Assembly (NCBI GenBank): GCA_964202905.1
Contig: CAXNJO010000004.1
Span: forward strand, 512,001-576,000
Direction of reading: 5' to 3'
DNA from: Polyangiales bacterium
GTDB taxonomy: Bacteria; Myxococcota_A; Polyangia; Polyangiales; JADJQN01
Length of the DNA stretch: 64,000 nucleotides
The notes below the pieces were generated by a model. It was not told the origin of the DNA and did not search any database. It worked only from the letters and a program-made list of their open reading frames with translations. Position 1 is the stretch's first letter. Each line of letters opens with the position of its first letter. A program made the translations under genes and the position numbers. Below are positions 41,361 through 51,784 of the stretch, one piece after another.

Positions 41361-42125
41361 GTGGCCAAGCCCCTCGTGACGGTCGAGAAGCTCGAGAAGA
41401 AGTTCCTCCACGAGGGGCGCGAGGTCGCCGTGCTGAACGGCCTCGACCTCCGCATCGACGAGGGCGAGATGCTCTGCGTGGTCGGGCAGTCGGGCGCCGG
41501 CAAGAGCACGCTGCTGCACCTGCTCGGCACGCTCGATCTGCCGAGCGCGGGGCGCATCGTCTACGACAGCGTCGACGTGACCAAGATGTCGAGCGCGCGG
41601 CTCGCGGAGTTCCGCAACGAGCGGCTCGGCTTCGTCTTCCAGTTCCACCACCTTCTGCCCGAGTTCACCGCCCTCGAGAACGCGATGATGCCGGGCCTCA
41701 TCCGCGGACAGCGGCGGGCCGACGTCGCGAAGCGAGCCGAGGCGCTGCTCACCGAGGTCGGACTCGGGCACCGCCTCACGCACCGGCCCGGCGAGCTCTC
41801 GGGCGGAGAACAGCAGCGCGTCGCCCTCGCGCGCGCGCTCGTCATGAACCCGCGGCTCGTGCTCGCGGACGAGCCGACGGGCAACCTCGACAGCAAGACG
41901 AGCGAGGCCATCCACGCGCTTTTCTTCGAGTTGAACCGCACGCGCGGGATCACCTTCCTGATCGTCACGCACTCGCGCGAGCTCGCCGACATGATGCCGC
42001 GCAAGGTCACGATGCGGGACGGCCTCATCGAGAAGGACGAGCAGCAGCCCGGCGCGGGCCCCCCCCGCCCAACCGTCGAGGACGCTGCCCACCCTGGCCC
42101 CCCCGCGCCCGAGGGGGCCGCCTGA
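41361..42125 (+). CDS. lolD: Lipoprotein-releasing ABC ATPase
   Basis: [49 protein letters not shown]. Confidence 0.93.
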   Translation: MAKPLVTVEKLEKKFLHEGREVAVLNGLDLRIDEGEMLCVVGQSGAGKSTLLHLLGTLDLPSAGRIVYDSVDVTKMSSARLAEFRNERLGFVFQFHHLLPEFTALENAMMPGLIRGQRRADVAKRAEALLTEVGLGHRLTHRPGELSGGEQQRVALARALVMNPRLVLADEPTGNLDSKTSEAIHALFFELNRTRGITFLIVTHSRELADMMPRKVTMRDGLIEKDEQQPGAGPPRPTVEDAAHPGPPAPEGAA

Positions 42126-42178
42126 CTCGGCGGGCGAGCTTGACCCCCCTCCCCCCCACGGCTACACCCGGCCCGCTC

Positions 42179-44767
42179 GTGCGGACCTGCACCCACGCCA
42201 CGCTCCTCGCCGCTGCGCTGGCGCTCTGTGTCGGGGCGCCCGTGCGCGCCCGCGCGCAGGACGCAGGCGTGCCCGCGGGCACAGAGACACCGACCCAGCC
42301 CGGGGCCGACGACGACGGCGACGAAGACGAAGCCGCGGGCGTCGAGGACGAGGAGGCCGGCGACGCGTACGTCGAGGGCGAGCCGCGCATCGCCGTCCCC
42401 GAGACGCTCTGCGAAGGCCGCATGATCCGTCGCCTGCGGGTCGCGGGGACCCAGCGCGTCGCGGAGGACGACGTGCTCGGCACGCTCCGCCTGCGACGCG
42501 GTGTTCCCTGCACGGACGCCGAGGTCACGCGGGATGCGCGCGCTCTCTGGGATCTCGGCTACTTCGACGACATCGTGTTCGAGGCCGTGCCCGCGGGCAC
42601 CTCCATCGACCTCGTGGTCACCGTGCACGAGCGCCCGGCGATCGGACGCGTCCGCTACGAGGGCAACGACGCCATCGGGAACTCGGATCTCGAGGAGAAG
42701 GTCACCCTCCGCGAGGGGTCGATCCTCTCGGTGCCCGACGTGCGTGAGAACGTCACGAAGATCCGCGATTTGTACGCGGAAAAGGGCTATTTTCTCGCCC
42801 GCGTCGACTTCCGCCTGCGCACGCTCCCGTCGAACGAGGTCGAGGTCGTCTTCGACATCCGCGAGGGCGCGCAGGTCACCGTGCGCAACGTCCGCTTCGT
42901 GGGCAATCGCGCGATCCCCGACTCCGAAATCAGCGCCGTCATGCAGACGAGCGAGACGGGGTTCTTCTCGTTCATCTCGTCGTCGAACACCTTCCGCAAG
43001 GAGTTCTTCGAGGAGGACATCAACCGCCTTCAGGCGCTCTACTACGACCGAGGCTTCCTCAACGTCCAGGTCGGCACGCCGCGCATCGAGCTGACGCCCG
43101 ATCGCGAGCACATCGATCTCACGATCCCGATCGAGGAGGGCCCCCGCTTCCGCGTCGGGCGCGTGCGCATCGTCGAGCTCGACGCGGACGGCGCGGAGGT
43201 CGAGCCGCTCGGCGGGCGTCGGCAGCTCCGCGAACAGATCAGCATTCAGTCCGGCGACTGGTTCAGCCGCACGACGATCGCGCGCGATCTGCTCGCCGTC
43301 ACGCGCAGCTACCGCGACCGCGGCTACGCCAAGGTGGAGATCCAGCCGCAGACGGATCTCGACATGGCACGCAAGACCGTCGCCGTCGTCATCCAGATCC
43401 AGCGCGGCCCCCTCGTCCGCATCGACCGCATCCAGGTGCGAGGCAACGCGAAGACGCGCGACCTCGTCATCCGCCGCGAGGTCGTCATCGTCGAGGGCGA
43501 CCTCTACAACCAGACCCTCGTCGAGACCTCCAAGGCCCGCATCCAGGCGCTCGGGTTCTTCGAGTCGGTCGAGGTGAGCGAGGAAGAGGGCGCGACCCCC
43601 GACTCGGTCGTGCTGAACTTCGAGGTCGCCGAGAAGGCCACGGGCACCTTCCAGGTGGGCGCCGGCTTCTCGTCGATCGAGTCGTTCATCTTCACGGCGC
43701 AGGTCCAGCAGAACAACCTCTTCGGACTCGGGCAGTCGCTCACTCTGCAGCTGCAACTCTCGGGCATCCGCCAGCTCGTGCAGGTGCGCCTCGTCGAGCC
43801 GTACCTCTGGGGAACGCAGTGGAGCGCCGCCGTCGAGGCCTTCCGCACGATCCGCCAGTTCCAGAGTTTCAACCGCGACTCGACGGGCGGCTCGCTCACC
43901 CTCGGTCATGCCGTCTTCACGGACTACCTCCGCCTCTTCGTCCAGTACACCGCGGAGTACGTCGACATCAGCGAGCGCACGGGCGGCGGACTCGGCACCG
44001 GCAACCAGAACATCAACGCCGGTCTGCGTCTCCCGATCGCGAACCTCTTCCGCTCCGGTCTCACCAGCTCGGTGCGCCTCTCCCTGTCGTGGGACTCGCG
44101 CGACAACCGCCTGTTCCCGACCCGCGGCATCTTCGCGTCGCTCTCGAGCGAGCTCGCGGACTCCGTGCTCGGCTCGCAGAACACGTTCCTACGGCATCGC
44201 CTCTTCTTCCGCTGGTACTACCCGTTGTTCGGCGGCGTGGTGCTGAAGATGAACACCGAGGCTGGCCTCATCACCTCGCGCCAGCCCGCCGGCGTGCCCG
44301 TGTTCGAGCGCTTCTTCCTCGGCGGCATCCTCGATGTGCGCGGCTTTCCGCTGCGCACGCTCGGTCCGCGCACGGGGCTGCCGCTCGCCGTCGACCCGAA
44401 CGCGGCCGGCACGACGTACGGCGAGCCGTTCGGCGGCAACGTCCAGTTCTTCTACAACCTCGAACTCGAGTTCCCGATCCTCGAGTCGGTCGGCGTGCGC
44501 GGCGTGCTCTTCACCGACGCCGGCAACGCCTGGAACCTCGAGCAGAACCTCTGTCAGGCCCCGTCCGCGACGTTCCGCGACGAGCAGGCCGACCCGTGCA
44601 GCTTCGACCCGCTCGGGCTGCGCTTCAGCGCCGGCTTCGGGATCCGCTGGTTCTCGCCGCTCGGGCCGCTGCGCTTCGAGTGGGGCATGCCGATGTCGCC
44701 GCGCGTGCCCTTCGAGGCGGGGAGCTTCCCCGGACGCTTCGAGTTCACGATCGGCAACTTCTTCTGA
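42179..44767 (+). CDS. bamA: Outer membrane protein assembly factor
   Basis: POTRA motifs (GYFDD, ERP.I, Y.EKGY, GN.KTRD.VIRRE, LGFF), VRGF, SPLGPLRF, terminal FTIGNFF; start approximate. Confidence 0.95.
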   Translation: MRTCTHATLLAAALALCVGAPVRARAQDAGVPAGTETPTQPGADDDGDEDEAAGVEDEEAGDAYVEGEPRIAVPETLCEGRMIRRLRVAGTQRVAEDDVLGTLRLRRGVPCTDAEVTRDARALWDLGYFDDIVFEAVPAGTSIDLVVTVHERPAIGRVRYEGNDAIGNSDLEEKVTLREGSILSVPDVRENVTKIRDLYAEKGYFLARVDFRLRTLPSNEVEVVFDIREGAQVTVRNVRFVGNRAIPDSEISAVMQTSETGFFSFISSSNTFRKEFFEEDINRLQALYYDRGFLNVQVGTPRIELTPDREHIDLTIPIEEGPRFRVGRVRIVELDADGAEVEPLGGRRQLREQISIQSGDWFSRTTIARDLLAVTRSYRDRGYAKVEIQPQTDLDMARKTVAVVIQIQRGPLVRIDRIQVRGNAKTRDLVIRREVVIVEGDLYNQTLVETSKARIQALGFFESVEVSEEEGATPDSVVLNFEVAEKATGTFQVGAGFSSIESFIFTAQVQQNNLFGLGQSLTLQLQLSGIRQLVQVRLVEPYLWGTQWSAAVEAFRTIRQFQSFNRDSTGGSLTLGHAVFTDYLRLFVQYTAEYVDISERTGGGLGTGNQNINAGLRLPIANLFRSGLTSSVRLSLSWDSRDNRLFPTRGIFASLSSELADSVLGSQNTFLRHRLFFRWYYPLFGGVVLKMNTEAGLITSRQPAGVPVFERFFLGGILDVRGFPLRTLGPRTGLPLAVDPNAAGTTYGEPFGGNVQFFYNLELEFPILESVGVRGVLFTDAGNAWNLEQNLCQAPSATFRDEQADPCSFDPLGLRFSAGFGIRWFSPLGPLRFEWGMPMSPRVPFEAGSFPGRFEFTIGNFF

Positions 44768-44822
44768 CGGTCCGGCGCTGAATGTCCACGCGATGCGTGA
44801 CGTCCGTGCCAGCAGCCTGCGC

Positions 44823-44851
44823 TTGACGCCTCCCCGCCGCGCGTGTAGCAA
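44823..44851 (+). promoter_or_regulatory. Putative sigma70 promoter of skp (TTGACG-17-TAGCAA)
   Basis: Consensus-like boxes at canonical spacing. Confidence 0.5.
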
Positions 44852-44884
44852 CGCGCGTCCCGCCTCCGAAAGGTCCGCGCTCCG

Positions 44885-45490
44885 ATGAAGCTCTCCCGCC
44901 ACGTCATCACGCTCGTCGCCGCCCTCCTCGTCGCCACGATGGCGCCGAAGCTGCACGCGCAGGTCCGCGTCGCGGTCGTCGATTTGCAGCGCGCCCTCAA
45001 CGAGACGGAGGACGGACGCCGCGCCAAGACGCAGCTCAAGCGTCTCTTCAAGTCGCGCCAGAAGGCGCTCGACGACAAGCAGAACGAGCTGAAGAAGATG
45101 AAGGAGGACATCGAGAAGCAGAAGAACGTGCTCTCGCAGCCCGCCCTCCAGAAGAAACTCGAGCAGTACCAGCAGGCCTTCGTGGAGCTGCAGACCGTCT
45201 ACGTCGATTACCAGCGTGAGCTGGCCTCGAAGGAGGCCGAGCTGACGAAGGTCATCATCCAGCGCATGGAGTCGATCCTGCGCCGCCTCGGCCAGGCCGA
45301 GGGCTACTCGCTCATCCTCGAACGCGGCGAGGCCGGCGTGATGTGGGTGCCCACCAACCTCGACGTCACCGACTCCGTCATCCAGCGCTACAACGCCGGC
45401 GAGGGCCGCGAGGGCGAGGCCGGTGGCGGTGGCGGTGGCGGCGGCGCAGCGACCGGCGGGACCAAGCGCCCCCCGACGAAGCGCCGCTGA
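44885..45490 (+). CDS. skp: OmpH/Skp periplasmic chaperone
   Basis: Signal peptide; VAVVDLQRAL, coiled coil, GYSLIL, LDVTDSVI..YN; follows bamA. Confidence 0.93.
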   Translation: MKLSRHVITLVAALLVATMAPKLHAQVRVAVVDLQRALNETEDGRRAKTQLKRLFKSRQKALDDKQNELKKMKEDIEKQKNVLSQPALQKKLEQYQQAFVELQTVYVDYQRELASKEAELTKVIIQRMESILRRLGQAEGYSLILERGEAGVMWVPTNLDVTDSVIQRYNAGEGREGEAGGGGGGGGAATGGTKRPPTKRR

Positions 45491-45518
45491 GCGGTCGGGC
45501 CCGGAGGAGGAAACGCGC

Positions 45519-45725
45519 GTGTCCGAACAACGCGATCACGCGCGCTACCTCACCTATCGGGAGACGCATCCGTACTTCCGCCGCGCCGATCTGCCGCTGC
45601 TCGGGTGGGAGCCCTGGCGCGCACTCGACGCGGAATACAAGGCTCTCGTCGCGCTCGCGAAAGAGACGACCACCGAGCAGCGCGCGCGTCTGAAGGCCGT
45701 GCGCGCGCTCTTGTTGCGCGACTGA
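45519..45725 (+). CDS. Small hypothetical protein (68 aa)
   Basis: Strong GGAGGAGG before GTG; non-random composition (YLTYRETHPYF). Confidence 0.65.
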   Translation: MSEQRDHARYLTYRETHPYFRRADLPLLGWEPWRALDAEYKALVALAKETTTEQRARLKAVRALLLRD

Positions 45726-45813
45726 GCGAGGCGCGGGAGCGACCGGCCGCCGTGCCGTGGGAGGCGTACGCAGGCGGCTGCTGCCGGGCGGCGCTTGCGC
45801 TACAACGCGCGCT

Positions 45814-47253
45814 GTGCGCCGCCCCCTCGCCGCTCTGATCGTCGCGTCCACGCTCGTCTCGGCCACCGCGGTCGCGGTCGCAGACGAGGGGCCCGACGCC
45901 GAGGCCGCGGGCGTGACCGACGGTGCCACGGACGCCGTCAGCCCGCGCCTGAACCTCGCGACCCTCCTCGCGCGCGCTGAGCAGCGCTGGCCGGGCGTCT
46001 CGGCGGCGCAGCACAAGATCGCAGCCGCGGAGGCGCGCCTCGAGGAGGCGTGGGTCTCCCCGTTCTTCCAACTCAACGCGACCGGGACGTTCGCGATGAC
46101 GCCCGGCGCGCGTGGAACGCCCGTGTTCTCGCCGGACTCGCAGCTCCCGCTCGACAACCCGTGGGGGCCTTCGCTCGGCGTGCGCGTCGAGGGCGCGATC
46201 CCCCTCTACACGTTCGGCAAGCTGGGCGCCGCGCGTGACGCGGCCCGCGCCGGGATCCGCGCCGCCGAGGAAGAGCGCGAGAAGACCCGCGCGCAGCTCC
46301 GGCTCGACGTGCGGCGCGCCTACTTCGCGCTCGGCCTCGCGCTCGACGCGCAGCAGATGATGGGCGAGGGACGCAGCAAGCTCGACCGCGCGGTGCGGCG
46401 TCTCGACGAACGGATCGCGGCCGACGACCCGGACGTGAACGAGATGGACCGCTGGCGCCTCGCCGCGACGCTCGCGGAGATCGAGGGCCGCGCGTCGGAG
46501 GCGGAGCGCCTCGGCCGTGTCTCGCGCGAGGCCCTCGAGGTGCTGAGCGGCGAGGAGGGCTTCGACGTGCCCGACTGCGCGATGGCGCCGGTCGAGATCC
46601 CGGCGCGTCCGCTCTCTTGGTACCAGCAGGCCGCGCGGCTCCATCGCCCCGAACTCGGCCTGCTGCACGCCGGCCTCGCCGCCCGTGACGCCGCCGCGAC
46701 GGCCGCGCGCGCGCAGTACTTCCCCGATCTCGCGCTCGCGCTCTCGGCGGGCCTGACCTGGACACCGGGGATCACGAACCAGAGCAACCCCTTCATCCCC
46801 GACCCGGCCAACGCGCCCTCGCTCGGCGCGGGGCTCGTCGCGCGCTGGTCCCTCGATCTCTACGGGACGAGCCGCCGCGTCGCGCGGGCCGAGCAGGAGC
46901 GGCTCGAGGTGCACGATCGCCTCGACGAGGCGGGCGCCGGCGTGGACATCGAGGTCGCGAACGTCTTCGAGGAGCTCGCCGACGCGCGGCGGCGCGAGGC
47001 GGCCTGGGGACGCGGACACCGCGAGACGCGCGCGTGGTTCGTGGCCGCGGCGCAGGCCTATCAGGTCGGGACGATCGAGCCGCGCGACCTCGTCGATGCC
47101 GTGCGCGCCTATTTCAGCGCGCGCTTCGCGCACGGGCAGGCGATCCACGACGTGAACGTCGCGAGCGCGAAGCTCGAGCGCGCGGTCGGCGTGGCGCTGC
47201 TCGCAGCCGAGGCGTGGGAGCCGGCGTGCCCCGCCGCGGACGGCGCGCCGTGA
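45814..47253 (+). CDS. TolC-family outer membrane protein
   Basis: Two OEP repeats: PLYTFGK..A, VRRAYF, RPEL, AQYFPDL, AYQVG, A.LERAVG. Confidence 0.88.
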   Translation: MRRPLAALIVASTLVSATAVAVADEGPDAEAAGVTDGATDAVSPRLNLATLLARAEQRWPGVSAAQHKIAAAEARLEEAWVSPFFQLNATGTFAMTPGARGTPVFSPDSQLPLDNPWGPSLGVRVEGAIPLYTFGKLGAARDAARAGIRAAEEEREKTRAQLRLDVRRAYFALGLALDAQQMMGEGRSKLDRAVRRLDERIAADDPDVNEMDRWRLAATLAEIEGRASEAERLGRVSREALEVLSGEEGFDVPDCAMAPVEIPARPLSWYQQAARLHRPELGLLHAGLAARDAAATAARAQYFPDLALALSAGLTWTPGITNQSNPFIPDPANAPSLGAGLVARWSLDLYGTSRRVARAEQERLEVHDRLDEAGAGVDIEVANVFEELADARRREAAWGRGHRETRAWFVAAAQAYQVGTIEPRDLVDAVRAYFSARFAHGQAIHDVNVASAKLERAVGVALLAAEAWEPACPAADGAP

Positions 47254-47314
47254 CGCCCGGTGAATGGCGGGCCGCGCGGCCACGTCCGAGCCGCCGAAGT
47301 CCAGGAGTCCCTCG

Positions 47315-47941
47315 ATGCGCCACCTCTTCGCCTTGACCCTCGGCCTCGCGCTTTCCCTCTCGCTCGCGACGACGCACACCGCGCGCGCGCAGGAGCCCGC
47401 CTCCGCGGAGACCTTCCTCCGCGGTCGCCACGACGCCGTGCAGCAGCTCATGCGCCGCCCAGCGCGCGGCGACGCCGCAACCGCGCAGCGCAGGGCGCAA
47501 CTCACCGAGGCCCTCGGTGCCTTGCTCGACTACGCCGAGCTCTCGCGGCGCGCCCTCGGCGAGCACGAGGCGCGCGCGACCGCGGCCCAGCGCGCAGAGT
47601 TCGGCGGTCTCCTCCGGCAGCTCGTCGAGCGCAGCTACCAGAAGAACCTCGAGAGCACGATCAGCTACGAGATCCGCTACGTGGGCACGAGCGCGGCTGG
47701 CCCCGTGGTCACCGTCCGCACGATGGCGAAATCGCGCACGAACGGGCGGGAGCCCGAGGTCAGCATCGACTACTCGCTGCACCAGGTCGCGGGCGCGTGG
47801 CGCGTCTTCGACGTCGCGACGGACGGCGTCAGCCTCGTGCGCAACTACCGCTCCCAGTTCCACCGCCTCGTCACGCGCGACGGCTTCGACGCACTGCTCG
47901 CGAAGATGCGCGAGCGCCTCGCCCACGAGGGCGACCTCTGA
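47315..47941 (+). CDS. mlaC: MlaC/Ttg2D-family periplasmic lipid-binding protein
   Basis: DY.ELSRRALG, IDYSL, WRVFDV..DGVSLVRNYRSQF, GFDALL.KM. Confidence 0.88.
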   Translation: MRHLFALTLGLALSLSLATTHTARAQEPASAETFLRGRHDAVQQLMRRPARGDAATAQRRAQLTEALGALLDYAELSRRALGEHEARATAAQRAEFGGLLRQLVERSYQKNLESTISYEIRYVGTSAAGPVVTVRTMAKSRTNGREPEVSIDYSLHQVAGAWRVFDVATDGVSLVRNYRSQFHRLVTRDGFDALLAKMRERLAHEGDL

Positions 47942-48093
47942 GCGCACGCCGCGCTGCGCCTTCTCAGCCGGTTCGAATCGTCTGGACCGTCACCGCGAGA
48001 CCATCTCCGCAGATGGCATCGCCTCCGGGAGCGTCCGGCACTTTCCGTGCGCCGCGGCTGCCCGCAGCGCGCTCGCCTCGCGGCGTGGACAAG

Positions 48094-48846
48094 TCAGCGG
48101 ACGAGCGCGCGCACGGCGTCGACGTCGGTGAGCACGAGGCGACGGTGGTCGACGAGGAGCAGCTCACGGCGCTTCAGATCGCCGAGCGTCACCGTGACCG
48201 TCTCGCGGGTCGCGCCGATGTAGCTCGCGACCTCTTGGTGCGTGAACTTCACGCCAACGAGGACGCCGCGCGACTCGGGGATGCCGTAATGCGTCGCCGC
48301 GTCGAGGAGAAACTCTGCGAGGCGCGACTCGACCGAGCGCGTGAGCAGCGCCTGCAAGCGCGCCTCGATCTCGCGACGGCGCTCGCCCATCACCGCGAGC
48401 AGGCGACGGCAAAACCCGGTGTGCGCGTCGAGCAGGCGTGCCACGAGGCGCGCAGGAATCATCACGGCCTCGACGGTGTCCTGCGCGAGCGCGGAGTCCT
48501 CGTGCGTGTCTGCGCCGGCCACGCACGACTCTCCGAGGAGCTCGCCCGGACCGCGGTAGGCGAGGGTCACGACGCGGTTCACGCCGCCGTACCGCACGAC
48601 GCGCGTCCGGCCGCTCGCGACGACGAAGATCGCCTGCCCCGGCTCGTCGGCCTCGTAGAGCGCCCGCCGCCGCGCGAAACGCACGAGGGCGCTCTTGCGC
48701 ACGACCTCCGCCATCGCCTCGACGGAGAGGGCCGCAAACACAGCGTTGCGCAGCAGCACCTGGCGCTTGCGCACCTCTTGCTCGCTCCCACCGCCCCCCG
48801 CCCGTCCCTGTCCCTCGGTCCTCTTGGACGTGGGTGGTCGCTCCAT
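48094..48846 (-). CDS. Crp/Fnr family transcriptional regulator
   Basis: cNMP-fold GPGELLGE; VESRLAEFLL; THQEVASYIGATRETVT HTH. Confidence 0.92.
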   Translation of the reverse strand: MERPPTSKRTEGQGRAGGGGSEQEVRKRQVLLRNAVFAALSVEAMAEVVRKSALVRFARRRALYEADEPGQAIFVVASGRTRVVRYGGVNRVVTLAYRGPGELLGESCVAGADTHEDSALAQDTVEAVMIPARLVARLLDAHTGFCRRLLAVMGERRREIEARLQALLTRSVESRLAEFLLDAATHYGIPESRGVLVGVKFTHQEVASYIGATRETVTVTLGDLKRRELLLVDHRRLVLTDVDAVRALVR

Positions 48847-48948
48847 CCCCTTACCCTCCAGCGGACCGCAACAGGGGGGCAGGGTGCGCGTCCTTCGCGC
48901 AGCGGTCAAGTACGGCATTGCCGCGCATATCGATGGGCGTGTCCGTCG

Positions 48949-48978
48949 TTGACTCACGGACGCACGGGCGAATAGATT
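48949..48978 (+). promoter_or_regulatory. Putative sigma70 promoter (TTGACT-18-TAGATT)
   Basis: Consensus-like boxes upstream of the DUF507 gene. Confidence 0.55.
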
Positions 48979-49004
48979 GCCGGACCGCTCGGAGTGCGGT
49001 CCCC

Positions 49005-49517
49005 ATGCGCCTTTACATCGGCAAAGTGCCCGCCATGTCCGAAGAGATCCTCCGCGTCCTCATGGCGGACGAAGACCTCGAGGTCGAGAACGCCGAGGCC
49101 GCGCGCCTCGACATCGAGGCCGTGCTCCGCGAGCACGTGCGCCGCGATCGCGACGTCGGCGAAGAGGCCCGCAACCGCATGGAGTCGCGCGGGCTCGGCC
49201 ACTCGCAGCTCGGCAAGGTGAAGTCGCAGATCGCGCGCGAGAAGGGCGTGCAGACGGGCGAGGACGCCCTGCCCTACCTCCTCGAGCAGATCCTGGAGAT
49301 GCTCTTCCACTCGCAGAACATCGTGGAGATCTTCGCCGACGACACCACGCTCCGGAAGAAGATCACGCCGATCCTCCGCAAGCACATGGACGTCGAGGGC
49401 GAGCTCGACACCGAGGTCCGCGGCCGCATCAAGAACCTCGAGGAGGGGACGGCCGCCTTCGACATCGAGTACGCGAAGGTCCTCGACCAGATGCGCCGCA
49501 AGAAGGGCCTGACCTGA
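49005..49517 (+). CDS. DUF507 family protein
   Basis: MRLY..., LDTEVRGRIKNLEEGT..FDIEY...RKKGL resembles DUF507 consensus. Confidence 0.75.
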   Translation: MRLYIGKVPAMSEEILRVLMADEDLEVENAEAARLDIEAVLREHVRRDRDVGEEARNRMESRGLGHSQLGKVKSQIAREKGVQTGEDALPYLLEQILEMLFHSQNIVEIFADDTTLRKKITPILRKHMDVEGELDTEVRGRIKNLEEGTAAFDIEYAKVLDQMRRKKGLT

Positions 49518-49552
49518 CGCGCCCGCGGCGTGCTGCCCGACGCGCGCCGTGA

Positions 49553-49581
49553 TTGAGACCACCGGACGAAGCCCGTAAGCT
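49553..49581 (+). promoter_or_regulatory. Putative promoter of gmk (TTGAGA-17-TAAGCT), 8 nt before ATG
   Basis: Canonical spacing, no SD downstream. Confidence 0.6.
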
Positions 49582-49589
49582 CGCGCGCG

Positions 49590-50204
49590 ATGGACGACCT
49601 GCTGCTGCTGATCGTGTGCTCGCCTTCAGGCGCCGGGAAGACGACGCTCACGCGGCGCCTCCTCGCGGAGTTGCCGGGGCTGACGTTCTCGGTGTCGCAC
49701 ACGACGCGACGGCCGCGCGCGACTGAAGTGCACGGCAAGGACTACCACTTCGTCGCCCGTGAGGAGTTCGAGGCGATGGTCGCGCGCGGCGAGTTCGCCG
49801 AGTGGGCCGAGGTGCACGGCAACCTCTACGGCACGAGCAGCGCCGAGATCGCGCGCGCGCGGCGCGAGGGGAGACGCGGCGTCGTGTTCGACGTCGACTA
49901 CCAGGGCGCGCGGCAGATCAAGGCGAAGCACAAGGAGGCCGTCGGCGTGTTCATCTTGCCGCCGTCCCTCGCGGAGCTCGAGCGACGCCTGCGCGGGCGC
50001 GCGTCCGAGGACGAGGCGACGATCCGGCGCCGCTTCGCGAAGGCGCTCGTCGAGATCGAGCACTACCCGTTGCTCGACTACCTCATCGTGAACGATGACC
50101 TCCACCGTGCCGGCGGTGATCTGCTCGGAGTCGTGCGCGCCGAGCTCTGCAAGCGCTGGCGCGTCGCGCCGGTCGCAGAGCAGCTGCTCCGCGAGAACCG
50201 CTGA
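49590..50204 (+). CDS. gmk: Guanylate kinase
   Basis: SPSGAGKTT, SVSHTTRRPR, GKDYHFV, EWAEVHGNLYGT, FILPPS, IVNDD. Confidence 0.96.
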   Translation: MDDLLLLIVCSPSGAGKTTLTRRLLAELPGLTFSVSHTTRRPRATEVHGKDYHFVAREEFEAMVARGEFAEWAEVHGNLYGTSSAEIARARREGRRGVVFDVDYQGARQIKAKHKEAVGVFILPPSLAELERRLRGRASEDEATIRRRFAKALVEIEHYPLLDYLIVNDDLHRAGGDLLGVVRAELCKRWRVAPVAEQLLRENR

Positions 50205-50239
50205 TCATGGGACGCTCGCAGCGCCGCGCGCGCGGCTGA

Positions 50240-51784
50240 TCACGAGCCTCGCGCGCGCAGGTCCTCGAGCACCCCACGCGCGACCTTCGCCGCGAACGCG
50301 TAAATGCCGATCTGCGGCGGCCCGCCGATCGACGTCGGGAAGAGCGAGCCGTCGACGACGTAGACCGCGCGCGAGAAGTGGTGACGACCACGCTCGTCGA
50401 CGACGCTCTGCGCGGGGTCGCGGCCCATGCGCAGCGTGCCCATCGGGTGTACGGCGGTGAGGCGGGCGTCGTGGGGCGCGAAGCGCTCCGGCGTGATCCG
50501 CACGAGGTCGCGCTCGGCGCGGATCGTGATGGCGGGCATCGCGGGGACGAGCACCTCGCGCGCGCCAGCCGCGAGCAGGATCCGCGCGGCGCCACGCGCG
50601 CCGAGGGCGAGCTGCGCGCGATCGGCGTCGGAGGGGACGTAGGCGATGCGCACGCGGTCCCCCTCGAGCGAGACGCGCCCTTCCGTCTCGTCGTGCACCA
50701 TCGCCGCGAGGGCGACGAGGTGCCCGTACCGCCGCAGCTGGCGGAAGAGCGACGGCCCAAAGCCGGGTATCTGCGCCGCCGTGCCGATCGGGTGCGCGAA
50801 CGAAGGCACGAGCCACACGCGCCGCTCCGATCCGGGGCTGAGGTCGAGGAACTCCGTGCACTCGACGCTCTGCGGGATGCCGCGCCAGGCCTCGACGCGC
50901 TCGTCGAAGACGCCTGCGACCGCTGCGCCGGGGTGCACGCGCAGGGAGCGCCCGATGCGGCCATGCGGGTCGTGCAGTTCGCTGCGGAGCGCGAGCGCCG
51001 CCGACCCGATCGCGCTCCCCGCGAGGCACACCGCCCGGGCGCGCACCGTGAGCGTGCCGCGCGGGCGCCCCTCGGCGTCGAGCGTCGTCGCGCGGACGTG
51101 CCGGAGCACGCCGCGCTCGATGCGGATGCGATCGACGCGCGCGTCGGCGTACACGCGCGCCCCCGCGGCGACGGCCTGCGGGATCAGCACGCGCCGGGCG
51201 TTGAGTTTGGCGTCGTACGCGCAGCCGAGTTCGCAGAAGCCGCTGCCGATGCACCGCTCGTCGCGGTTGTGCGAGAGGCGTCCGCCCCGGAAGCCGAGCG
51301 ACTCGATACCACGCTGAAAGAGGGTGTTGGCACGGTTGACGTGCGGCACAGGGATCTCGCGCACGGACAACGCGCGCTCGACCTCGGCGAAGAGCGGCGC
51401 GAGCGTCTCCTCGCTCAACCCCGACAGGCCATGCTCGTCCCGCCACCGCGCGAGGATCTCGGGAGCGATGCGCTTGCAGAGGTTCGTGTTGTGCACGGTC
51501 GAGCCACCGAGACCGCGCCCGGAGAGCAGAAGCACCGCGAGGTCCTCGGTGCGGCGCCCCCCGAGCTCCGCGAAGAGCTCGGGGATCATCTCGTCCTCCC
51601 GCTGCGTGAAGTCCGAGGGCGCCTGGTCGCCGCCCTCCTCGAGCAACACCACCTCGAGCCCGCCGCGCGCGAGCTCGCGCGCCGCCATCGAGCCGCCCGC
51701 CCCCCCGCCGCAGACCACCACGTCGCACGACTCGGTGCGATCACCGGGGCCGAGCGCGCGGCCGCGCACGAGCCGCCCGGTCAC
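50240..51784 (-). CDS. GMC-family FAD oxidoreductase (long-chain alcohol oxidase-like)
   Basis: GGGAGG, LEEG, GLGGST..N, C.GSGFCELGC, HPMGTLRMG, YVVDGSLFPTS.G..PQ. Confidence 0.9.
   Translation of the reverse strand: MTGRLVRGRALGPGDRTESCDVVVCGGGAGGSMAARELARGGLEVVLLEEGGDQAPSDFTQREDEMIPELFAELGGRRTEDLAVLLLSGRGLGGSTVHNTNLCKRIAPEILARWRDEHGLSGLSEETLAPLFAEVERALSVREIPVPHVNRANTLFQRGIESLGFRGGRLSHNRDERCIGSGFCELGCAYDAKLNARRVLIPQAVAAGARVYADARVDRIRIERGVLRHVRATTLDAEGRPRGTLTVRARAVCLAGSAIGSAALALRSELHDPHGRIGRSLRVHPGAAVAGVFDERVEAWRGIPQSVECTEFLDLSPGSERRVWLVPSFAHPIGTAAQIPGFGPSLFRQLRRYGHLVALAAMVHDETEGRVSLEGDRVRIAYVPSDADRAQLALGARGAARILLAAGAREVLVPAMPAITIRAERDLVRITPERFAPHDARLTAVHPMGTLRMGRDPAQSVVDERGRHHFSRAVYVVDGSLFPTSIGGPPQIGIYAFAAKVARGVLEDLRARGS

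Noticed and set aside
41216..44767. Apparent 1183-aa BamA
   Set aside because: The extension overlaps lolD out of frame; the signal peptide starts near 42179
47970..47979. GGTTCGAATC T-loop-like sequence
   Set aside because: Flanks do not form a T-stem or cloverleaf
48094..48846. Calling the CRP-family gene mrpC
   Set aside because: Recognition helix is CRP-like (RETV) and no mrpAB is adjacent; symbol not supportable
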